DNA of 63,066 nt, the filler included, from Gonapodya sp. JEL0774 (taxonomy: Eukaryota), in NCBI GenBank assembly GCA_027604505.1. It is 26 parts of 26 records of this genome, joined end to end, with 100 filler letters (N's around TTAATTAATTAA, not from the genome) between each part and the next. Parts side by side here need not be neighbours in the genome. Positions count along the whole stretch, not along the records: positions 51,072 to 53,392 come from JADIIX010002028.1; positions 53,493 to 55,812 come from JADIIX010002029.1; positions 55,913 to 58,232 come from JADIIX010002030.1; positions 58,333 to 60,651 come from JADIIX010002031.1; positions 60,752 to 63,066 come from JADIIX010002032.1; 21 more parts are not named here. One strand, 5' to 3'. Under the pieces are notes generated by a model. That model was not told the DNA's origin. It made no database searches and was given only the letters and a program-made list of their open reading frames with translations. Made by a program: the position numbers and the translations under genes. Shown here one piece after another: positions 50,972 through 60,975 of the stretch (position 1 is its first letter; each line of letters begins with the position of its first letter).

Positions 50972-53900
50972 NNNNNNNNNNNNNNNNNNNNNNNNNNNNN
51001 NNNNNNNNNNNNNNNTTAATTAATTAANNNNNNNNNNNNNNNNNNNNNNNNNNNNNNNNNNNNNNNNNNNNTCTCCGTCATTTACACAACCTACCATCAT
51101 CCTGCCGGTGACTGGCTACGGTTCAATGGCTGTTGCAGTCTTGATCGGTGGTAGGATAAAATGGCTATCACTATTTGGCCATGAAGGAGGACATTCGTAG
51201 GTGATGTTTTGTTGACCGACCGGACAGAGACTTCAAATTTTCCTCCGTACATGCGATTTGCTCTCCAGCTCCAGCAAACATGCACTTATTAACTCGGAAA
51301 GATTTTGAGTTGGACCTGCTTAAACTCGCAATTGGACATAATAAAATAACGAGGGTGTGGGACGGATGTGGGTGCGGCCGCCGGATGCTGCTTGCTTCGG
51401 GCAATGTGCGGCTGCAATAACGAACCTGAATCAGGAAGACAATAGTATTTTGCGATTTGCCACACAAAAAATCTTTGCGCCAGCAAGCCAGTTATCTCCA
51501 CGATGGCAGAGCAAATGACCCGAGTCCGCCGTAAGACACTTGAGCCATCTGCGATCCGTTGCCCCGAACCCATCCAATGTCCCTGATGCCTGTCGCGGAT
51601 GGAAGAGATGAAGGTGTTATCCAATGAAGAGACAAGTGCGGCAAAACATAGAGAGCAGTGGACGATTGATTGGTTTGAACGAAAATATTTCACGAGTACA
51701 GTCGAAAGGAAAGAGTCTTTTCTGCTCTCCTCAAGCAAAGTCAGCGGAGAAAGTTTGATGGATGCTAGAATGGAATAAGATGGTCCAGTTATAGTACCGA
51801 ACATGGCTTCTATTCCCCAGCGGTATGGCAATATCAGGATCATCCACTTGCTGATGAAGACTATCCCATTTCTTGACTCGATAATTGTTTACGAACCTGT
51901 GACATGCATTTTCAAGTCTAGTGTTTACTGCAAAGAACCCCTATGTTGCCGTGTGAAAGCTGACTAGTGTGTTGATGGAAGCCTCAATGCGCCGCTGAGA
52001 AGGCTGACGTATGCCTTGGCAAAGCACACCCCGGCGGGCATCTCTGTCTACTGAAAGCCATCTTTCTGCACTCTGTTTCTTCTGGAATAGATCTTGTACC
52101 GACTTGGAGCATAGTGGAGCGGCGACCAGTGTAAACTTGGTGCGAAATGGAGGATTCTACGGAACATCTCCAGTGCGGATGAACCATCATTCCGACGAAG
52201 ACTCTCGTGGCAAGAAACAATCGGGAACATCTAAGAAGAGGCTTCTGTGAGACTAGTCAGGACTTGGGTTTCATTCGGACCGGTGTGGGTCTCACGATGG
52301 AGGACGACGATATATGGAGAGGACCACCGCGGACTCTGTGAGTTGATCGCTCAAACGTGCGGGCGATCATTCTATTTGACTGATTAATAGCTATATATGG
52401 GGCTTACGTTGCTGCTTTGCCGATTGAAAGGTCCGTGTCCCTGGCTAGGGAGACATGGGATACATTTTGGAATGTGTGTGCCGAAGGCTTCAAAAGGGTC
52501 TCAAATGAAAACTTCCAGTCCGCTTTTCTTAACGAAGGAACGGCCAATCCTCAAAATTGACGCGGCGTTCGATTCCTGATGCACACATCGGTCGGAGTGG
52601 CCCCAATGAAATTTGATTCGACACAATGTGTCGGGAACAAATTATTCTAGGCAAACGGGGCGAAACGTGTCTATATGCAACATTTTGTGCCTCACTTGCC
52701 CGGCTGGATGTTCCTTTCTAAAACATTCTGAACAACGCTGCCTTCAATCAAGCCTCAACGGTTGTTGAAACCGATTCTCAAGACGTAAAAGGCCTGCCAA
52801 GTTTGCGCTTCCGCTCCCGTGACCTTCTCGTGGTCCGTCCCATCTGCCGCATCGAGACTCATTCCATCTCTACCTCGTATCCCCACGTTTACGATGGGTG
52901 AACAGCAATATGAAACGTCAGATATCAGAGGAAAACGGAAGTTGGAGTATCTGGAACCGGGTAAGTCAAGCAGATGCTTGGTCCTGAAAGTCTCATTTGT
53001 TCACCCGCTGAACCTCATTATACATTGGGATCAGGCAATGCGTCTCCAGGCCTTGGGATATAAGCGTTTCAGAATCGGACTCGAAAGCGGCAGCTCACAA
53101 CTCATAGCGCCCGACCTCAATGACTTAGACCAAGACATCCCCCCTACACCTCCAAGAGGGATACGAGGAAAGATTCCGAATGCTCTCGGGTTTCGTTCGC
53201 CGACCAATCGAATTACTTCGGCCAGCGGGAACGGGAAGCGTCTTCTCTTATACAGTTTCAGGTGCGTGCACTCCGATCAATCATCACTCTTCTGTGGATG
53301 TTCTGGAGTCTCAACGATGTTTGCGATCGGTACTCCTTACCTTCGCCCGTGTTTTTGGTTGTCGCTAATGTGAATCATGCCAAAAGCAAGCCNNNNNNNN
53401 NNNNNNNNNNNNNNNNNNNNNNNNNNNNNNNNNNNNTTAATTAATTAANNNNNNNNNNNNNNNNNNNNNNNNNNNNNNNNNNNNNNNNNNNNTGCTCGTC
53501 ATCCCTCACCATGATTGATCGCGAGTACAACGCTTTCTCAAGCTTGATTCTGAAACTTATATTTTGGAAGCGCAGCGAGTGGCCACTGGAGTCTTCCTCG
53601 ATCGTTGGTTTCATTCTCGTGTTTTACTTTTTGTGTTTGCTTTGGCGCGGATCGCCGGTACCCTTACAGAGTACCGTTCTGAGCAATGCAAGGCATGTCT
53701 CAAAAATTATGCGTTTGAATAACGAGTCGCCATTCAACGTGTTTGTCCGCACCATGAACTTCATTTTCCTCACCCCGTTTGTTACTTTCAATTTGCTGGG
53801 TTCTTTTGTTCCTCTGATGGTGTTTTGTGTTGGTTTTGGCTCGAGTCACCCATCATGCCATGCCATTCCTAGTCATTCTATCATTGAACACCCCGGCCGG

Positions 53901-56900
53901 CCTGTGAGAACAGCCAGTAGTCAGTCTCTATTCCGCTCGGTCCCTGATCCATCCATCATCCATCTCCAGTGCCCCGGGCTCTGCTTGTCGGGGTTTTTCG
54001 GTATTTTGCTCGATGGGTTCTTTCTCGAGTTGTGTGTGTTTGTGTTCATTTTAGCAGGGGTCGGCGTCCCACAACGACCCAGGCCACGAAGAATAAGTGA
54101 AAGGAAAATTAAAGGGGAGAGCATGTCTGTGCTTCTGTTTTGTTTGCTCTTTATCCTATATGGCGTTGGGTTATTGGGCTTTCGTTCCTCGCTTGCTCGT
54201 TGCGACTTTCATGTTTTGTGGCAACGGCTTTGGCAGAACTGACGAGTCGATCGCACCCCGTTACCAACAGTCATTACGCTACGTTGAAAGAATGTGGAAA
54301 AGGAACAACAGCGACTGCCCAGTCTCGAGTGTCCAGCCTACACCCCCCGGCCCCCGCCCCCCCCCNNNNNNNNNNCTTTTTGATATTCGCTAGCCGTTTT
54401 GTGTTCGTTTTGGCGGGAGCTCCGCGTTGCTCTAGGCCATGGTGAGCAAACAGTGATCACGTCAAAATGAGCAACGCGTGCCGAGCTGCAGTCTCACTCG
54501 TCCATTCCACCCGTCCAAGTTGTCTGCGGAACGCGCGTCCCTGTAACCCTGTTCGTTCGTTTTTTCTCTCGACCCAGACCTTGGGTTCTGGTGTCCTTCG
54601 CTCTTTTGTTGCTGCTTCACCTCCTTCTGTTTTTGTCATTTTGTGTTCGTTTTGCAGGGCATACCTGTCGGCCGCGCCATCACTCCAGGCCCACAGTGAG
54701 CAATCTGGAATCGTCCAACTAAGCACGTCATGATCACACCAACAAGGGCAAGGTGTATCAGCTCCAAAGTACTCACTACCGAGCTCCTCTGTCCTTTTGC
54801 TGTCTTTTTTTCTCCCTTCCAGGCTTCGAGCAAAAGGCCCTCGCGTCATTCGTTCGTTTTTTCTCATTCTCTTGAGTTTGTTTTTGTGCTTGCATTGATG
54901 TTCGGTGTAGCAACGCTGCGTCTCCCCACGCCATCACCAAACGAGCAAGATCCATTGCGGAGGGAATTGGTGCAAAGAGCGGCCACAACAGCGATTGGCT
55001 GTTTCCCGAGTCCAAAAGTGCGTCCGTTTGTTCATTCTCCCTCTTGCGCTTTCTCTCGTTTTCATTTTTTTTTTTGTGTTCGCATGGGTCGGAGGTCTGT
55101 GTTGCTCTAGTTCAAAGTGAGCAATCGTTTTCAGGAGTGAAGGGAAGTCTTTCATTTGTGGAGAAATGTACGTAGAGTGTAATATGTACACTATTGTTTC
55201 ATTGATGGTTTGTGTGGGAGACTCGCACAAAGTGAGGAGAGAGGCAGTGATGATAGAAACGCGACCCAAAGCTCATGCTCGATGGGAAAAGAAAAGCCCG
55301 CGCCAGCGTTCGAGACGAGATCCGCCTTCTCCCTTTCGTCCTGTTTCCGTTCCGTTCGGTGGGTCGCCTCACAAGCGTGCCTTTGTGCCTGGCATGGAGA
55401 GTGATCTTGGATCGGGACAGGGGGCCGAAACTGCAACTTGGTCTTCTCGTCTGGGAAAAGAAGAGAGAAAGGGTCGGTGACGTCAAGGAGAGCAAAGCGG
55501 AAATCCTTGCGTTTCAAATGTGCTGGAAAGGGCGGACGCGGTGTAGGTTTTTTGGAGAAGGGTATCTGGGAGAGGGTTTCTGTCCTTTTTTTTTTCTTTG
55601 TGTCCTTTTTTTTTGAGAAGTTCCCATGAGGCAAAGAGAGTCGGGGCTCAGGGAGACAGGTTTTTTTTTCCAGCGAGATGGACGATTTGCCGGTGAGAGT
55701 TTCACGGGAAGAAGAAGGAGAGGAGGGTGGGGAATGAAGGGTGGAAGGATTATAGGAGAGAGATGGTCAAGAAGTTTACGGGACAGAGGAAGTGGAGGAG
55801 TGCCGGGTCGAGNNNNNNNNNNNNNNNNNNNNNNNNNNNNNNNNNNNNNNNNNNNNTTAATTAATTAANNNNNNNNNNNNNNNNNNNNNNNNNNNNNNNN
55901 NNNNNNNNNNNNCATCCAGACCTTCTGAGAAAGCTCCAGCATTCTACTGGTCCTAACATCAGATGATAGTGCGAAAGGGCGAAGACAACAGAAGTCATAG
56001 CGTGACATTTACATAAATTTCTGTGAGAGACACTTCTCAATCATGGTGTCTGTTTTGGGTGCAATCTCTGCTGTGTTTTCTGAAGTATCTGGTGATGAGG
56101 TGCACTAGAATTGTAATTCGAACTCGCAGCGTGTTCTTGTGATGATCTTGCAATGTATTTTCCAACGAAAACGCGAAACGTGCTCAATGAGAACCTCGTC
56201 GGGTCATTTCAGAGCTCGGTCGGTCTTGACTTGCGCACTTCATTTCTTTGTTGTCGTGTAAAATAATCTTTGTTCCCACTCGTACGATCCAAATTCACAT
56301 CCTCGACCCACACTACCATCAGAAATCAATTCCAAACAATAGGAAAGGTCTTCAAATGTGATCGACTTTGGACGCCTAACAAGGGAGTAATGAGTGACCA
56401 TCACCAGAGCGTGTCCTCTCTCGTGGGCTGAAGCAGACACGCCTATACCACAACCACCGATAGTGCTGCGACGGTTCAAGCAAGAAATTTGAGTTGCTGA
56501 GATGTGTCCACATTTTCTTTGTCCCCCAAATATCATGGAAGGGTGGCGTTTGCAAACCTCAGTCGACCGCAGGCAACAGGCAAAGCCCCTGGCAAACCCC
56601 CGACAGAAAAAAACCAGAGCTCTCCAACGTAAAAGATGATGTCCTCATCGAATCGTTCATCATCCGTACCTAGGCGTTCCGCCGCTCCAAGCGTTCAGTC
56701 CAACACTTCGGGAGATGGGGATCGGAACATTGGAGCAAGGCAGAGGTGAGGCGGGGAGAACAATGAACCGCCGAGCGAGGGACCGTGAACCTGATACATG
56801 GCAATATGTTTCTCTCATACGACGTAACCAGTGCCTTGTCGAGTCCGTCCTACTCGGAGTGGTCGGGACCGAGCTCACTCGGGAGAGAAAGGTGAGCCGG

Positions 56901-56981
56901 TCACTATGTTCGGGTCGAAAAGGATCGCAATCCCCCGACCTAACACTTTCCTCACTCATACACTGCGTAACTCACTCCTAG

Positions 56982-57765
56982 CACCAAAAGCAGCTCATCA
57001 ACCAAAGCAACCACTGCTCAGAATGACGCGTTAATCGATGCGGTGGAGAAAAGCGACCTTACCGCTGTTCTCTCTGCGCTCACAGGTGGTGCAGACCCGA
57101 ACGCTCGAAAGAGAGTGACGCTCGCCTGTTTTGTCTATGAGGGTTCGAAATGGACGACACCACTCTTCAGCCGCACCCCAACCGAGAAACCTGTCGGAGC
57201 TTTTACCACGCTAAACGAAGCGACCCTTGGTGAAAGCGCATTGGGACTCGCCATCCTTCAAGATAATGCAGCGCTTGTTAGATTGCTGCTAGATCACGGG
57301 GCTGATCCTACACTACCCGTGGAATGGAAGATTATCCGTGGGAGGACAGTTTGGACACTCGCCATTTGGAACAACATCATCCAGCGCGGAACATGGGACA
57401 TTCACTATAAATTCGGGTCTGCGTTGGAACTCGCACTCGGGGAAGGTATCGCTATGGACCCCATGGGGGAATCGAGGATTGAAAGCTTGGGTGCCACTTC
57501 TCGCGAACTGTGGATCAACAAACCCGGCTTCGTGATGCTTTTGGATCCCGGTAGCAAGACCACCAAAGAGGAGACCTTTCGGACAGTTCAGTTCATCCCC
57601 AACTTGCAAATCCTGGATATCCTATTGCGACATAACCAGGTCCGAGTGACGCCAACCTTACAGACCCTCATCGCAAGTTGTGCGAACCACCCGGAGCTCC
57701 TCAGGAAGCTTCACGAAGCAACCAATCGTGGTACCCATCAACAACAAACGGGGAGGCGAGTGTAG
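56982..57765 (+). CDS. Ankyrin-like repeat protein (5' exon uncertain)
   Basis: NDALIDAVEKSDLTAVLSALTGGADPNAR and GESALGLAILQDNAALVRLLLDHGADP. Confidence 0.72.
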
Positions 57766-58332
57766 GAAACATCCACACCCCTGCCTATCACGCCTCCCCA
57801 GCGAGTGGGGCGGACTCGAGTGAACGCGCGAACGAGGGCGTACAAACTTTTACTTCAGTTTTGTTTTAATGTGTGATGCCTTGGTCGCATTCTGAGATCG
57901 TCAGGGTCGCCAACACCTTGACTTTAGTTTTATGTCCGCCTATAATACGACGACATGGCGCACGTGTAATACATAATTCACGAGATGCGACTCAGTATCA
58001 AACGGGCAGTGATAGGGCAGCTGTCTTCTACTGTGCACTTCTGTTATGGTCTGCTAACTCAGCATTCGGAGGTATCTTCAAGATTTTCTGAGGTGACTAT
58101 CAATATGTCCGCTGAATCGCGTTGGTTTACGATGTTCCCATTGACAGTACCGCAAGTTAGTGTCATGCAGCGGCGCGGTGACCTTCGTGCGTGTGACCGG
58201 TCAGGCGGAGTCAAAGGCACAGCCCGTCCGTGNNNNNNNNNNNNNNNNNNNNNNNNNNNNNNNNNNNNNNNNNNNNTTAATTAATTAANNNNNNNNNNNN
58301 NNNNNNNNNNNNNNNNNNNNNNNNNNNNNNNN

Positions 58333-59721
58333 GACAACCTCCGTGGCCTGATGCAGGGATCATCGCTCTCGCCCGTCGTGTTCAATTTTTTCATCGACGA
58401 GCTCATCCGCCTACTGTTGGAATTGGACGGGACGGGACTTACTGTGCACGGTGTGCGGATTGTCGCACTCTTCTTCGCGGACGACGGGGCACTTGTGGCG
58501 AGGTCGGACGAGGCGCTGGCGAGGCAATTGGGGGTAGCGGAGGAGTGGTCAAGGACGGCGGGGATGCGCTTCTCGCCCACCAAGTGCGAACTCTTCGCAC
58601 CACCCAAACATCGGCGACAGGCACGTCTCGCGCTCTACGACATTGATCTGGAGACTGTGGACGTTTTTACGTATCTGGGGTACCCGTTCACCGTGCGGGG
58701 AATTGATTGGGTGACCTTGTGCGCGAAGCGGTGTGAGAAGTCAATCAGCACCGCACGCTCTCTTCAGGCACGCGGAATGAACGTTACTGGATGGGCTCCA
58801 GCCGCAGCAGCACGTATCTACAAGGCCTTTGTGCGGCCGGTGTGGGAATATGGATTGGACCTGAAGTTGCCGAGTCGGGATTTGATGGCCAAGTACCAGA
58901 AGGCGCAGAACGTCGCCCTGCGACTAATCTGCTCCGCCCCCCCCAACACTTCAATCGTAGCCCTCCACCGCATCACAGGCATCCCCCTCGTGGAGTCCCG
59001 ATGCCGCGAGATCGACTTTCTGGGGACTTGCCGTTTCCACAACAGCACCCACGCCGATGTCATCGGAATTCGCGTGTACAGGAATGCGCTCAACCCCAAC
59101 ATTCCGCGCAAACCCCTCCAATGGACTGGACCCCCCCTCCCAGTATCTCTGCCGAGGTTTAAAGTCAACCGGAACCCATGGACGACGGCAAATCGGGCGA
59201 GTCTTATGGATCATGTGACCACTCCGCTCACCCGCGTAAACCCATCCGTAGCACCACCCCCGCTACCCAAAGCTCAGCGCCGAAGGCACCACTACGACCA
59301 CCTGAACCGAGCGGTCGTGGAGGGGGCTGTCGAGGCCTCAATTCCGCTCGCACCGGATCTTCGCCCCCGCGCCTACCTCACTTCGGCATCACCCATCACT
59401 CGCCCCCAGCGCGTCTCCCTCACACGCTGGCAACTGGGGACAACAGCCAACCATCCTCACCCATGTAAGGTGTGTGGGGCAGACCTCGGCAGAGTGCATG
59501 CCCTCGAGTGCACCGGAGTCAATACTGAGCTCTTACCTTTCATCGCAACTATCCCCCCGGCGGATCGTTTTGGAGTCACACGGCTGGATGTGGTGATCAA
59601 CTGGATCACCAGTAGGGATATCTTGGACCTGGCGGCGGTGGACCAGGTGGTGGAATGGATCGACCGCATCGAGACGCGGTGTCGAAGGCGGACGCGGACG
59701 GAGACGGGCTTCTGGAGGTGA
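58333..59721 (+). mobile_element. Non-LTR retrotransposon (LINE) ORF2: RT and C-terminal CCHC; 5' truncated, frame intact
   Basis: GLMQGSSLSPVVFNFFID, FFADD, FSPTKC, YLGYPF, YKAFVRPVWEYG and CKVC..HALEC. No stops over about 460 aa. Confidence 0.93.
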
Positions 59722-59957
59722 AGGAGCCCGGGGGCACGGCGGGGATTCGAGAGCGAGGTCAGGGGAATTCGTGGGAGTGTGGGGGAATTTTCTTGGCGGT
59801 TTTCGGAGTTTATGTGAATTATTGGGCAGGGGGTGCCCTTACTTAGAATTAGCGCCCGCACAACGGGCCATAGCACGCAAGGGACTCATCTAACAACCCT
59901 GTAATCGCCGCACGACTTTGCTGTGGAGTTCACCACGTTAATAAACATACTGATAAA

Positions 59958-59969
59958 GTTAGGGTTAGG
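59958..59969 (+). repeat. Telomere-type tract GTTAGGGTTAGG, 12 nt after AATAAA (59940-59945)
   Basis: Direct reading. The reverse complement is CCTAACCCTAAC. Confidence 0.7.
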
Positions 59970-59978
59970 CGGGGTCCT

Positions 59979-60059
59979 GGTTGGATAACCCAGTGGTTAA
60001 CAGGCTTGGCTGTGAACCCTGTGGTTGTGGGTTCGATTCCCACTGCCCCGGCCGTTTTT
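59979..60059 (+). ncRNA. tRNA-derived Pol III module (degenerate tRNA, GTG anticodon loop); pseudo-tRNA or SINE-like head
   Basis: A-box-like TAACCCAGTGG at 59986-59996 and loop CTGTGAA at 60010-60016. Perfect T-arm GTGGG-TTCGATT-CCCAC with B-box at 60030-60040, and T5 at 60055-60059. D and anticodon stems pair poorly. Confidence 0.75.
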
Positions 60060-60975
60060 CCAAGCACTATCAAATATCACCTGCCTTGGCAGGGTGACCC
60101 ATCACCAGACTGTGGTCTGGACAAAATATTTGATTGGGCTGTGGCTCCAATATATCTAAAATAAAACCTGTAAAGGTTGGCTTACATATAGACACTCGGT
60201 ATGGGTGTAAACAGTAATCGGTCAGATTACATACCAGCTAAGGGGAATTGCGTGTAAAAACCACCCGATAAGGGCACCCCGAGGTGACTGTGGTCACCTG
60301 GTTAGTCAGGGAAACCCAAGTGGTCAAACCTGGCGAGACAGCTCAAGTAACGGGAAGCTACTGGTAGCGCGGTAGTGGGCCGTCGCGGCAGAGATGCCGG
60401 CGCGACAGATGAGAGCGGCTGTCGGTGATCAGACTGTGCCACAGTAAACAGTATGGTTGCTTAAGGTTTCACGGGGGTTAAAGGCACTGGCTTGGGGAAG
60501 GGAGGATCCCCCAAGTCCAGTGCCTTAACTTCGGCGCAAAGATCATCACCACCAAGCTGATACCGGGACAATCACAAGGGAATTGCAATCGTCAGATGGC
60601 CGGGGACTCAGGGCCGGATGACCCCCCGTCAGGGATCCCGAGCGGGGAAGGNNNNNNNNNNNNNNNNNNNNNNNNNNNNNNNNNNNNNNNNNNNNTTAAT
60701 TAATTAANNNNNNNNNNNNNNNNNNNNNNNNNNNNNNNNNNNNNNNNNNNNTAGGTTATCGAACCAGACGTATTGCTCTCGGAAATAAGACCATGGGGGA
60801 GGCATGCCACCACCATGCCGCGCAAGCGTGGTGGAGCCGCCCAAAAGACAATCTTACCACCTATCTTAAAGATCAAATGATGCCTCGTAGTGAAGATCTG
60901 ATCACTTGAACTCATCTGACATATTTCTAAATATATTCGACATTATATCGCTGCGGTGAAATGCGATGGCAAACT

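Larger units (their letters stand above)
2341..60751. other. 25 artificial 100-nt N spacers with central TTAATTAATTAA separating 26 independent fragments
   Basis: Identical N44-TTAATTAATTAA-N44 blocks at 2341-2440, 4780-4879, 7219-7318 and onward to 60652-60751. The linker has stops in all six frames. Fragment lengths fall steadily from 2340 to about 2315, consistent with length-sorted contigs. Confidence 0.97.

Noticed and set aside
51072..53392. ORFs 51289..51843 and 52819..53373 as genes
   Set aside because: No recognisable motifs and no gene model I can support.
59979..60054. Functional tRNA-His(GTG)
   Set aside because: D-stem and anticodon stem pair poorly and the acceptor-stem register is irregular.
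59761..60260. Group I intron or RNase P RNA (AATTGCGTG and GGGGAATTCGTG resemble P4/CR-I motifs)
   Set aside because: Partner strands are in the wrong order or mismatched, and I found no P7 R/S elements or CR-V. A covariance-model search is needed to exclude this fully.
58333..60651. Penelope-like (Athena/Coprina) element with hammerhead ribozyme
   Set aside because: The RT motifs (QGSSLSP, FADD, C-terminal CCHC) are LINE-type, and no CTGANGA...GAAA core was seen.
2341..60751. Regularly spaced TTAATTAATTAA as a biological repeat, and any cross-fragment gene cluster
   Set aside because: These are artificial six-frame-stop linkers inside N runs, so neighbours across linkers are not linked.
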